Assembly: GCA_035084275.1 (NCBI GenBank)
Contig: CM068753.1
Location: 15,934,001-15,998,000 of the forward strand
Origin: Hydrolagus colliei
Lineage: Eukaryota
Direction: 5' to 3'
DNA length: 64,000 bases
Made by a program: the position numbers and the translations under genes
In this document: positions 52,142 to 64,000 of the stretch, piece by piece
Numbering within the stretch: position 1 is the stretch's first letter
Layout of the letters: each line of letters starts with the position of its first letter
The notes under the pieces: generated by a model
Seen by the model: the letters and a program-made list of their open reading frames with translations, nothing else
Told to the model about the DNA's origin: nothing
The model's database searches: none

Positions 52142-52809
52142 GTACAGTGCAGAATAACAACAAGCAGGACCTGGGATTTGTTGAGTCCAGACTTCAATTT
52201 TGCTTTTTTCTTCAGAGTCTGACTGTATCAGAAACCCAGATGTTTTAAATATGTGATTGCAAAGAATGGGGCTTATAGGTCAACCGTGTCAAAATGTATT
52301 ATACAGTACCTTGTTCTCTTGCTTTTTTCCAGAAAAAATGTTTGGTAGGTATCATTACTGAGTAATTATAATAATAATCGTTGCATTTGATTTAGCACTT
52401 ATCACATTTTTTAGACATTTCATGGTTCGGATTTTTGTCAGTATTATTTATTGCATGTCATTTACCTGATGCTGACTACACAACTACTACATTGCAGTGT
52501 TAATGAACCCCTTTCAGAGAGTTGATGATGAATTAAAAAATCACTTCACAGGACTTTTTTCCCTGTCATTTTAAATCATTTATAGATAATTGCTTAGACA
52601 GAGACAATGAGCTAACATAATTAATCAAAGGTAATATTAAAGGAAGTTTCTTAAATCTCTGAATGTTGTGCAAGAGCTAGATTGATGCCCAGAACCTGGA
52701 ATATATATCTCATCAATCAATAGCCATCTATTTAAGCAATGAAGGGCAAAACTGATAATATTTTAACAGCAAATAATTTCATTTGTCTCCCATTCTTTTC
52801 TTCTGTTAG

Positions 52810-52893
52810 TTTGTCACTATTTTGGAAGGGGTACTGTCCAAACTATCAAGATACGATGAAGGGACTCTCTTCTCTTCCTTTCTGTCCTTCACA
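52810..52893 (+). CDS. CADPS: CADPS exon, [28 protein letters not shown]; phase 0-0
   Basis: tgttag acceptor, ACA|gtaaga donor, conserved peptide. Confidence 0.95.
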
Positions 52894-53019
52894 GTAAGAA
52901 TTTTTTTAATGTTAATTTGCGTATCTTATTCATGTTATGCAATATGATGCCCTGTATGTCAACAGATTTAATATAGTTTGACAATATACCTTTATAATAG
53001 AGTTATAATGAAAATATAT

Positions 53020-53229
53020 GATAATAATTCTTGCATTTGATATAGCACTTTAAATATCTTCTAGACTTCTCAAAGCGCTTCACAGAATAGACTGTAAAGT
53101 GAATTGACTATATTTGTTGGCGAAACCTGTGGGGTAAAGAAACTTGCCCAAAGTTTTGCCCTGCTGGGACTTGAACCCAGGTGTCTCGCTTGCATGTTGA
53201 GTGCTCCAACCACTGAGCTACAGGACTCC
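53020..53229 (-). mobile_element. tRNA-derived SINE with internal deletion
   Basis: Head and tail match 37601-37967, about 160 bp of the middle is absent. Confidence 0.85.
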
Positions 53230-53317
53230 GCAATATCCCAATAACCAATATGGAAGTTATGCATGTTACATTTTTCTGGATATAGAACATCTCTTTCAAT
53301 GAGCATAATTTTTTTTA

Positions 53318-53900
53318 AAAAATTACATTTGTACAATGCCTTTCACTTCGGAAGTAAGTCCCAAAGTGCTAGAACGTCAGGGATTTGGACCAGAGCTGGA
53401 AGTTGTCAGCAGGGGATTCAGATTGGGAGGGAGGGTTGGAGGACAGAGAGGGTAGGAGTAGGAGAGTGCCCAAAGACACTGTCAAAAAGGAAGGTCTTGA
53501 GACATACCTTGAAGGAGGCAAAGGAGGGAGCAAGGGACCGCAGGTCTTAATTCTCCAAGGGTGAGGGCAGATAACCTCAAAGCTCGACCCTCGAAGTTGG
53601 GGAGAGCCAGAAACAGGGGCCATGGAGCAGGCTGGAGCCCCCCTAAGCGGAGGACACGGGCAGGTTGACATAAGGTTTGCAGGTCACAGAGGTAGGAGGG
53701 GGCATGGAGGGCCTTGAAAGCGAGGATGAGAATTTTTAGTTCTATCCTCTGAGGGATGGGGAGCCAATGGAGCCAGGCAAAGGTAGGGTTGATGGAGTCA
53801 TGGAGCCTGGTGTAGGAGATGATACAAGTTGCAGAGTTCTGGATGATCTGCAGCTTTTGGAGGGAAGAGTTGAGAGGGCTGACAAGCAGGGAGTTGGCAT
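53318..53900 (-). mobile_element. L2-type LINE 3' fragment
   Basis: Collinear with 17066-17592 (gccttgaaag.gagga..ag.at, gatctgcagctt.tggagggaagagttg). Confidence 0.82.
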
Positions 53901-54076
53901 TAGGAAATGCTCCTAGTTATGGTTCGCAGTATAGTTTTGCAGTTTAACAAATTGTGTAAAGCTAAAAATGTTGCTTAATTATATTTTCAGCATGTTACCA
54001 CAAGGATCCTTTGCTATCAGTTAGTTCAATTGATTACATTTGTAATTGTGTCCTCTTTTGCTATCTTGCCTTAAAG

Positions 54077-54109
54077 GTGAAAGCAGCTTCAAAGTACGTG
54101 GATGTACCT
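54077..54109 (+). CDS. CADPS: CADPS 33-nt exon, VKAASKYVDVP; phase 0-0
   Basis: ttaaag acceptor, CCT|gtaagt donor, conserved peptide. Confidence 0.94.
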
Positions 54110-54254
54110 GTAAGTCCAACTATTATTCTGTCACTTTGTTTTGTCCGCTTACGTAATCATATATATACGCGTCAAATTCTTGAATTTAAAAAATAAGCAA
54201 ACTTTGAAACCGAAGAAATCCATTTTTGAAATTCACAAGTATTTTACCCTCACA

Positions 54255-54900
54255 AGATCAGTCCAGCTGAAATAGGTCCTTTGGCCCATCATCTCATCCT
54301 TCCAGAATAGTCACTTTATAGATCTCCCATCATAGCAGCAAGCTTCTTACACAAGTACAGCATCCTGGCCTCAAACACCTTTACTGGTAACTGGTCCAGT
54401 CGTTGATGACCCTCTGAATAAAGAAATGCTTCCTGGTGTCTATCTGAAACTGCCCGTTGTTACCCTAAATAGGTGTCCTCTTGTTCTGCTGCGGTGGCAA
54501 ATCTGAAAGTATTATTTTTGTTTTCCTTTTTCAATCTCATCTAAACCTTATACTGTATACCTCTACAATGTTCCCTCTGAAACATCAGTTTTCAGGGTTT
54601 GTAACATGTTCAGTTGTTGCTCATAACCTCAATCAAAGGGGTTGGTTGTCATCGCTCTTCCTCAACATTGTCTCGAGGATGAAGTCAATTTGGTGCAGAT
54701 ATCAGCAATACTGCAGGTGTGGCCTGAGCAGAGCAATGACTTCATAAAGGCATTCTCACATACAATTTGAGCATTACTTCTGGGGATTTGAACTCAACTC
54801 ATTAGGCCACATAGTTGAGTATCCAGTTTGCCTTGTTTATTACTGTTTTGACATGGTGAGCAATGAGTCAAATAACACCCTAGGTCTCTTTCAGCTTCCT
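54255..54900 (-). mobile_element. Old CR1-like fragment
   Basis: Degenerate ORF2 C-terminal signatures (ccctctgaataaagaaatgcttcct, aatactgcaggtgtggcctgagcagagc). Boundaries approximate. Confidence 0.55.
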
Positions 54901-55264
54901 TCCCCCTTGGCAAGTTTCACCTAATCAAAGTGTGTCGAAGTAAGAAATCATGTCATTTGAAGTGTGTGAATGTTTGCTAGGAGTGTAATATTACCGTTAA
55001 TATGTCACAGTAACTTTGAAGATCGAGTGACAGAGAATACTAATGAAGCCAACTAATTTGATTTAAATCTCCACCATTGTGTAGTGATTTACTCTGTCCT
55101 TAAGGCGTTCAAATTAATGCATGTTTATAGGAGACAAAAACTTGTCTCCTAATTAAAAATATTGAATATAACTTGCATTTAAATCAAATGCAAGAATTTT
55201 TATTATATCTAAATAATAGGTGCATTGCAAAGTGTAACCTTTCATCTCCATTTCAAATTCTCAA

Positions 55265-55620
55265 GGTTAGGAGGTTGATGAGTGATCTGATCGATATGTA
55301 GTAAATTATGAAAGGATTTGACAGACTGAATAGTGAACAACTGTTTTCTCTGGTGATAGAATTGAGGAATAGAGGCCATAATAATAATAATAATCATTGT
55401 ATTTGATAAAATGTCTTATCACATCTTTGAGAAATTTCAAAGTATTTCACAGAATAATAATAATTCTTGCATTTGATATAGAGCCTTGTCATATTGTCAA
55501 GACATCTGAAAGAGCTTCACAGGGTACACTGCAAATTGGAGTGACTGTATATCTTGTGGAGGAAATATTTAATAGGCAGTTTTTTCCATTAACAGATAAT
55601 CCTTGTTTGATTTTAGAAAC
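55265..55620. mobile_element. CR1 fragment (+, about 55265-55380) followed by stacked SINE tails (mostly -)
   Basis: RRL..DLI...KIMKGFDRL-like remnant, then repeated aataat..ttgcatttgatata motifs. Confidence 0.6.
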
Positions 55621-57254
55621 ATGATTATAACACAGCTACAATGCTATACAAGTGTGGTGTGTTTCATTCGCAAAAAAATTAGTGAAAATAATGGTCCCTT
55701 GAGCATGCAGTGCATCCATTCACAGCATATTTGGCCTCTCCACCAGCGCTATAATATAAGCCAAGAGCCTCTGGGTGTACAGTACTTACCATCTTATCCC
55801 AATGAGAATTTCCAGCCCATCTCCGAAAGCAGAACCAGTAAAGCAAATTAAATAAAGTGGGGTGGGTTGAGTCATCAATACGCCAACAACAACAACTTGC
55901 ATTTATATAGTGCCCCTCACGGTGGATAGCTCCCCAGAACTCTTATACCAATGCACCAGACAGGCCAGCATTGGTTTCAGCATTGCCGTCCTATCTGGAA
56001 CTTTGCCCGGAATTTGTGGCGTGTAAAAAAAAAAAGTCAAGAGACACATGTGCATCTTCACACATACCAATTTGTGCCTTTGGATTCCAACGGATTACAA
56101 GCACCAGCAGTCTCAGAGAATCACAAACCAGTTCTGTTCTGAGTCTGTCAGTTAAATGCAGGACAAGCTGTTTCTCAGTCTTTATTCATTAGGTTTTCTT
56201 CAGATAACTGAAATTAATTTTAGTCAGGAAGTCCAAACAATGAGTTGGGGAAATATTTTATGTTTTCTCTGTCACTGGTTTGGTATTTTAATGGAAATAT
56301 AAGAAAACAAATCAAAATTAGATTCTATTTCAGGAAGTTTTTTTTTACTGCCATTAGAAATAATTGAGCTGGATATTGTGAATCTAGGAGCTGTAAAATG
56401 CTTTAAGGAGTAGCACAACACTAATGATATATTTTCACCTGATACATTCCCTCGTCATAGAAAGAGCAGGTAGAATGTAAAATGTCATGTTCAAGAGAGA
56501 TAATATCATGTGTCTTAGTCTATAATTGTTTATAAAATCCTTGCAGGTTCTTTCCTCCCTACTTCTTTTCCAAATTGTACTTATTTGTACCCAGGAAATA
56601 AAAGAGAAGTGTTAACTAAATGTAATTTACAGTGACTGACCATCCAGAATTGGTACCTTATGGTTGTAAGTACTTCTGATTAACAAATATCAATTCACAG
56701 CAGTTGCTTACTAGTGTGTATATTTGAGTGGTAAAGTCTGCATTTGAATGTCAGCATTTTTAAACCAGGTATATTACATTCTGATAATGAGTTTGTGCAA
56801 TTATTTCTTCCATTAGAGGGTTACTAACCTTATGAGGCTGCCACTTATTGCATGAGGAGATCGTTCCTCATCTCCTGCTGACTAGCTTTGTTATATCCTT
56901 GTTCAGTGGACATATACACCTTGCAAATCTGTCAGACCTAATGAAAAATAATTCTCAGTAATTATAAATACAAAGCATTTTATTAATCTATTTAAGGACT
57001 TCTTATAACCATATCTCTCCCAGTTTAGAACAGAAAGGCTTCAGTCATCACAGTGCATAATGTAGCAAAGTACAATCCTTCATTTCTACAAACAGTCATT
57101 TTACAAGAACATTCAGCTGAAAGTACACAAGACATAATAAGATAAGCCTTGGTTTATACACATACACTAATCATCTGTGTTGTCTGTGTCTCACGTTGGA
57201 TTGATTGTAATTCTGGGTATACCATACTTTGAAATGATGTTGAGAGATTAACTG

Positions 57255-57918
57255 CAACTTCCTCCCCCACATCCGGTCCCTCACCAGCACCACCTTCGTC
57301 CATCTCCGCCATATTGCCCGTCTCCACCAATATCTCACCCCAAAAGCTGCCGAAACCCAGGTCCGTGCCTTTGTCACCCCTTGGCTGGACTATTCCAAGG
57401 CCCTCCTCGCTCATCTCCCCTCCACCACCATTCATAAAATCCAGCTCATATAGAACTCCACCTGCATTCTCACCCAAGCCAAACTTCGCTCCCCAATTCC
57501 GCAGTCCTCACCAGACTTCACTGGCTCCCTGTCACAGAGCAGATCGATTTCAAGATCCTCACTCTTGTATTTAAATCCCTCCATTCCTCTGCACCCCCCT
57601 ACCTCTCTAACCTCCTCTCTCCTCACAGCAGTATCTGCTGCCTTCGCTCAACTGGGTCTGGCCTCCTCCTTGTCCCTCGAATCTTCCTCTGTCACCATCA
57701 GAGGCCATGCTTTCAGCCACTATGCCCCGAAACTCTGGAATTCCTTCACCTCACCCCTCCTTTTCCATCTTCAGGTCGCACCTGAAAACCTTTCTGTTCA
57801 ACCACACCTTCAGTCACCTTCCCCCTCCCCTCCCCCTGGCTTGGCTCCATTATTGTGAAGCTATCTGAGACACCGTCTGGCATAGAGGGTGCTATATAAA
57901 TGCAAGTAGTTGTTGTTG
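57255..57918 (+). mobile_element. L2-type LINE 3' fragment with (TTG)n tail
   Basis: Remnants RLDYS, LHWLPV and GHAFSHYAPKLWNS, ends gctatataaatgcaagtagttgttgttg. Confidence 0.85.
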
Positions 57919-58608
57919 TGCATGTAAAATGAGATGATTACACTCACTGACTTCCAAAGCCTCTGCTAACAACAACAAAATGACACTTGTATAGCACCTT
58001 TCATATGAGGAGCACGTCCTGCTAGGATCACATCTTACCCAAGTCAAAGGCCCCAAATTCCCTTAGCTTGGTAGGACCATTTTGCTTTTAAATTTTAGTT
58101 TTTGCAGCAATACTGTAAATTTCTAAAACTTTGTCTTAACTTGAAAGCCCAGTTCTTTTTGAGAGCTGCAGAACAATGTCTTACAAAATAAGAGTGAATT
58201 TAAGCATTTACTACAATTCTGTGCAATCCTAAAATGCTATGGCAAACTGTCTTCCATCTAAGAATGGGTGAAATTTCAAGCCCCTAGAGCTCAAGGTGCC
58301 CCTGAACCTATTGCAAAGTCCAACCTAAACACTTTCCCAAATAATATCAATTGGGATAGCACCTTGTTGTAATGTCCTCTTAACACTCTTGATATACGTA
58401 TCTGTGTGTAATGGATTTGTAATTCAACATTATTTCTATGTTATACAAAGACCTGAGAAAGAATATAATCTTTACCTTTTTTGGTTTATTAGGAATAAAT
58501 TATTGTGCACTATTCAACTCGCCATGTATTCAAGAGAATGATTACAGACTCTGCAAATGCAAACCAATGTGATGTATAATTCTCCCTTTCTTTGTCTTTG
58601 CTTAACAG

Positions 58609-58716
58609 AAACCTGGGATGGATGTGGCAGATGCCTACGTGACCTTTGTGCGACAGAGTCAGGATATCCTGCGTGACAAGGTCAATGAGGAGATGTATAT
58701 AGAAAGGTTATTTGAT
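58609..58716 (+). CDS. CADPS: CADPS exon, [36 protein letters not shown]; phase 0-0
   Basis: taacag acceptor, GAT|gtaagt donor. Residues DVADAYVTF and IERLFD favour CADPS over CADPS2. Confidence 0.96.
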
Positions 58717-60647
58717 GTAAGTAAATGCCTTCTCCTCCTTGCTCGCCATGGAGGAGATTGTTCAAAATGTGACAATACGTAAGACAGAGGGATAAGTCAC
58801 ATTTTGAGAAATTCAGTGACCGTTGAGATCTTTTCTGTCCCTCTGACTCAGGCTCCTCTCTGCCTTTCTCTGTTCTGACTCTGCACTGTAGTCTACCATG
58901 TATGTTGCGTCAGCTCCTGGTCTGTCTGCATGTAACTTCTGGCGCAGTGCTTTCTTATCAGGAGGTTTTGTAGCTCACGTCCATGAGCAACTTTTGTAGG
59001 AGATGGAACAGGATTCTCTCTGAGAGCACCTGGAGCCTATATGACATATAACAATAATGTACTTAAATACCTTGTTTTGCTTGCTGGAACTACAGTATTA
59101 GGTACAAAAAAAAGAAATCTGCTTTTGTATTCTTGTATCATCTACGAATAGCATGTGAATGATGTGAAACTAGTTGTCTCTGGAGCACTGTTCATATAGG
59201 TATAGATCTTTACATTTAATAAAATGTAAAAAAAATATATAGTTATCACATTTAGAAGAGGTAAACTGTGGCAAGAACTTTAGCAAAGTTACCTGCTTTG
59301 AAACTGTGGCATTAATCTTGTTAAAACAACACTGACCAAATCGTCAATTGAATTAAGTTTTTGCAGTGAATTTAGTCAGCAGACCAATAGACGATGTTTA
59401 TAACTTTGTCTTTCATACTGTTTGGTATCGCAGTGCTTTTGTGTCGTTCTGTGGTTTGCAGTGTGCACATTGATGTGCTTTTTTTATAATCCATTGTTAA
59501 AGCTATTCTATTGATTAGTGCTTAACTAGTTGCTAAGTTGTTTTTCAAACAGTGTCTTCACATCACTTAAAGGTAGTCCTGTAGTGTGGTGTTATATGAT
59601 TAAAGCAGTTTATTTTCAATACTTTAATTAAACTTTTAAGGTTTCTACTTGCAGTGCATCGTTTCTGAATATCTCACGCAAGGCTTTCTACACTAGTCTA
59701 ATCTTTTATCTTGCTTTCATCATTGCTATGTCAATCGTCCAGTTTCCATAAAAAAACTTTCTGTCTTTTATTCCTTTCTGATTGCCTTCCATCTCTATCT
59801 TTTTCTTTGATCTGTTTTCCAACTAAAATGAAACTTATCTCTCATATCCAATGTTTTGTCACATTGCAGCCAGTGGCATGATTTCGAGTCAAATAATCTT
59901 CCTGTGTACATCTACTAGCGTGACCCACATCTTACAAGAATGTTTCACACATGCATAAAGTGTGATGGGAAGGCAAGAGCAGGGTGGTCCTCAAAGCTCT
60001 ATGCATGTATTTTCTAACAGGGAGTTTCAAATTTGTAAGAAATGGGAAAATTTTCATCCATTTAGTAGGCATTGAAGACACAGTCAATCCAACTGACTTT
60101 TCATTTGTCACTGAAATCAACAAATGTTGCTTTGAATGTTGTAACTGCCAACAATTCGATTTAGAAATGGTTGCTATGTTGGTTGCATCCAATGTCTAAT
60201 CCTTTTGTCATTTTGTGCAGTTTATTTGCTGTAGATTTCTCTACTGCATTTTTCTTTTTATTTCCGGGGGCATTTCCCTCTATTGCCATCTGCCAACAGG
60301 CCAGATTTGGTCTAAATTTGAAGGTGATCAACTCTACAGTGTAAGCTTAGCACTGTCAGACACACAATGACTTGACTGAGGCCCGGTGAAACCCATTCAA
60401 CAAGTGTAGCCTCGTTCAAACTGGTCGGCCTGGGATTTAATGGTAACTTCACTGCTTGGAAGTTCATAAATCTGTTGCAGCCTTTCGTGTTGCATTTTGT
60501 ATTTGTGACTTTGTCTATGCTGTTGCCTTGAATTGCAGAATCCCTAGCATCTGAACGATTATGGCAGGAGCCAAGATCTCAACCTTGAAGCATGTACAGC
60601 AGATGTGCAATGAGTACACCAAACATTATGAGTTGGCCAAGAAAGTA

Positions 60648-60742
60648 TACAGTCAATCTACTTTACAGTATATACTGTGAAGTGCTCTGATGTGTCTTGA
60701 TGACATCATGAGGCTCTATATCAAAAGCCTGGGTTGCTATTA
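60648..60742 (+). mobile_element. SINE 3' fragment
   Basis: tacagtcaatctactttacagtatatactgtgaagtgctctga matches the SINE tail family. Confidence 0.65.
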
Positions 60743-62118
60743 CAAAATGCTGAAATGCCAAGCAAAGCCTCCAGTAATGTTTATGTTCTCCATTGTTCAT
60801 CTATTTTGTTAAACCTTATGGCCTGCAAATTTTAAATATCCAAATACTTTTTGGATATTGCTTATTGTGTTTTGGTGCATTTGTATATATTTAAAAATGC
60901 AATATCTGAAACCCAGGCAAACCAATAGAACAAGGTAACCAAGATGCCATTCAAAAATGAAGGTTATTATAATATACTATATTAATAAGAGTATTCAATG
61001 ACAGGTGCTTTGTTCAAAACTGTTCAATTGAAAGGGATGCCTGAGTGAATCACATTTTGGTGAAGGAAAATGTATTCAGTGAAGATTCATTGAAAGTGTT
61101 CTCTCGGCTGTCTGTTTCTGATTTGAAGCATAGCCAAAGGAAAAAATATATTTTAATGATATTTATTTTATTGCACATTTTTTTTAGCAGTTTGGGGATA
61201 TGTGAAAGTAAATATAAAATCACGTAGTAGTCTTGAAAGTATAAAATTCTGTACCAGCACAGTTGACTTCTAATGATGTGGTGACATTTCAGTTTTTTTT
61301 TAAATCATCTGATCTTAGTTGATTTATACAGAGGTCAAGACGAAAGATGTCCTGGTAACAGTATATGTTCTCCATGTAAAGCAATTCAGAGCATGTAAAT
61401 ATCAGTGGTTTGGGTGAGTAACAGTGTTAGTAAAATACAATTTATATTTGTGAGTAAAATTTTTATTTGATTTATTTTCTGTGGGTTTCAAAACCTTTGC
61501 CACCTGCCTTCATTTGTGAATGGAAGAATTGGACATGTTATGGTCCTAGACATTCCTAATTAAGCAAAAAACTGAATTGCTTTGAATATAAAATAAATTG
61601 GTTAGAATGCATTTGACGGTAACTGCCTTGTTGGTGCATTGGTTAGACCTTATGGAGCTCATTGGTCTGAATCCCTCCTGAGGCTGCTGTAACAAGGAGG
61701 ATAAATTGGCCCTGGCCTTCTTATAGTCTTGATTCTGGCCCCTGTTTAGCACCTTTTACTGGTTATGGATGAGTGTGGTAGCCGGGTAGGCAGAGTTCAG
61801 GTTTAGTTATTGACACTCACTGCCAAGGCTTGCACAATGGTCTTTTGGGCAAACGCCCGGAGGAGAATTCATGGCCCAGAACAAGGAGCCTGGAAACCCA
61901 GAACAGAATCATATAACAATGTGAAGAAAACATTTTGGAGACACTTAAATATGCTTTTAAAAAATTTAAATCATTTGGTTTGGGTGTAAATTAATTTTGA
62001 AATTCGTGTGTAATTACAGTATTCTGCATTTCCTCTTTTAGTTTCCTTTCTTCTTCCCACCACCGCCACTCCAGCATTTTACCTTTTGTTATTTACCCTC
62101 TCTGTTTTCCACTTTTAG

Positions 62119-62166
62119 ATAAGAATGGATGATGTTAGTTCTGTCATGTACCTGAGAATATTTGAG
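62119..62166 (+). CDS. CADPS: CADPS cassette exon (48 nt, phase 0-0), IRMDDVSSVMYLRIFE
   Basis: Long pyrimidine tract, ttttag acceptor, GAG|gtaaag donor, open and frame-preserving. Confidence 0.75.
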
Positions 62167-63535
62167 GTAAAGCTTTGGGAACTACAAAGTTTTTAAATTG
62201 CCAAGCATAACTTTCATCACACTGCTGTTTTTATTTTCATTGAAGTTCATGTTTTGAAAATGGATGTTTAGGTAAACTGCATTAGACTGCTATATGAAAT
62301 TGTGCTGTTCAGATATCTGTGCTCCTTAGACATTATGTAGCTCATAATATTAGTTTCCATTTTACTTTAATCGCCTATGGCAATAATACAAAGTGACCCA
62401 AGTCATTTTTAGAAAAAAGTTCACACCCCATATCTTCCTTTCATTATTGTAGGCTGGCCACAGAAATTGCATTTATTCATATGCATTGCTGTCAAAATAG
62501 GTCAGTGATTTAATTGGTTTTGATGGTATTTTGGTAAACGTGAATTCGGTTGTTTATTTAAAATTAGCTAATTATCTTTTTAAAATGGCATAATCCCCCC
62601 CCCCTCCCCCCCAAAAAAAAGAATGGAGCTTGATTCAGATATTGAAACAATGTGACCAAGTCCAGCATATTCTTCGGTCTCTAATACCTAACCTGTTGGG
62701 GTAACTCAGTACAAAATTGGAAGAAATATTGCCCCACCAACGTTTTGTGATAATTGAGATATCTGATTACTAAAGTTCTGGATTTTCAAGCGGTCATCAG
62801 AGGCCCATTTTGAAATGTGTACAGTTACAATACTTTCAAAAGTTGACTTGTATAAAGTGGTATTAGTTCTACTGTGTTTGATAATAGTGTTCATGTAGTA
62901 ATTCAGTATTGTGGTAGTGTTTGTTGGATGAAAATAACATAACTTGCAGTGAGTGACATAATCAAAACTGTAAAGCCTGTAAGTACCGCAGCTTTTTTAA
63001 ACAAAATGTTTATTTCATGATTGCATCAGAACTATATTCGGAATTCTTAAAGCTTTCCACTCCGCCGTTTGTCCTTCAAGTTCATGAGGAATTTATTTAA
63101 ACATTATTTACCCATTTGGTTTTTCTATAAATGCAAAAGATTGAAACAGTTTTTACATAAAAATATGAAAAGTGAAATATGTCTTGATTAAAAATGTTTT
63201 AATAGAAATGTTTTGTTAGTAACCTACTTTGTGATTTGTGGCAGTCTTGCAGATTGTGTTGGAACTAAAAGCAGAGCCTTGCTATTGACCTGAGGAGGAA
63301 CCAGTTCAGTGAAACTCAGTGAATAAGTACTTAGCTGAGCAATGTAAAAGTCAGGACGATTCTGAGACAATGGCGGGTACTGATTGTAATGGTCACAAAA
63401 TCCTCAATGTGTAATTCATGAAATTGTCACAATCAATCAAGAATTATTATAACTACAGATGTTGTTCCTGGGAGAAACTAACTGTTGCCTCACTGAATGA
63501 AGCCTGCTATCACTTCACAAATACCAAAGAGTTCC

Positions 63536-63730
63536 AGAATTATAGAAATTTCCAGCACAAAAGGAAGCCATTCAGCCCATCGTGTCTGTGCCACTGCTAT
63601 CTACATTATCACCCTTTTCCATCTCTCTCTCTCTCCTTGTATAGCTTAATCAAGTGCTTAATTGCTTCCTTTTTGAATGGTGCTTTGAATCAGTAGCTTT
63701 CCTCAGGTTTTCATATGCAAGCAGTCGAGA
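63536..63730 (-). mobile_element. CR1 3' fragment
   Basis: cagcacaaaaggaagccattcagcccatcgtgtctgtgcc is the reverse of the CR1 3'UTR. Confidence 0.7.
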
Positions 63731-63961
63731 GCTGCCACACAGCTCAGCTTTAAAATCCCAGTTCACACAGTTTACTTGCTTTCTTCCTCATTGCATTCCT
63801 TGGATAATGTATCAGAACCCAGTGTCTCAGAGTATGGCTGTTGTACTATGATGCATTCAAGATGTTTCAATGTTAAAGGTAGTATCTCAGTTGTAAAGAT
63901 TATTATTATTTTGGGCATAACCGCTTTAGATTTGGTCCACAAAGGTTGCTTATGTGTATAC

Positions 63962-64000
63962 TGGTGTCCGGCAATATATCGATATATCAGTTATATCGGT
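63962..64000. mobile_element. End of a second copy of the hAT element (inverted, runs off the window)
   Basis: tggtgtccggcaatatatcgatatatcagttatatcgg matches the reverse complement of 37411-37448 with 4 mismatches. Confidence 0.82.

Noticed and set aside
56851-56876. ATGAGGAGAT copy of the editing-site sequence in a small upstream hairpin
   Set aside because: A 10-nt match with a short local stem is plausible by chance in 64 kb.
59864-59918. CAGTGG after ttgcag resembling the next exon start (QWY...)
   Set aside because: Off by one base from the acceptor, the peptide diverges at once and hits TAG. The real exon must lie beyond the window.
625-63851. Most short ORFs in the six-frame track
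   Set aside because: They are intronic chance ORFs, antisense shadows of exons or the CR1, or repeat remnants. Only the CADPS exon segments and TE-derived peptides are recognisable.

Overview
AT-rich vertebrate genomic DNA. The repeat landscape (CR1 and L2 LINEs, tRNA-derived SINEs with L2-type tails, Deu-domain SINEs) suggests a cartilaginous fish, probably a chimaera; this is inference only. The whole window lies inside one + strand gene, CADPS (CAPS1, Ca2+-dependent secretion activator), from the exon after the PH domain (YADRAQKHG) through the MUN/MHD region to [13 protein letters not shown]. Both ends of the gene lie outside the window. I could read 22 exons with consistent splice phases. 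They include one GC-AG intron, frame-preserving cassette exons (168, 69, 102, 135 and 48 nt) and microexons (18, 9 and 15 nt), plus one weaker 162-nt exon candidate. The introns hold a young 5'-truncated CR1 with an uninterrupted 750-aa ORF2 fragment, a four-element nested transposon stack, a 1.43-kb internally deleted Gypsy element with both LTRs, PBS and PPT, hAT and Tc1/pogo-like MITEs, and many SINE/L2 fragments. Most ORF-track entries are spurious. I see no new gene system. The most interesting signals are RNA-level: a stem-rich intron next to the codon equivalent to the mammalian CAPS1 E/G A-to-I recoding site, and a rich alternative-exon programme. All alignments and folds were done by eye and from memory of the protein family.
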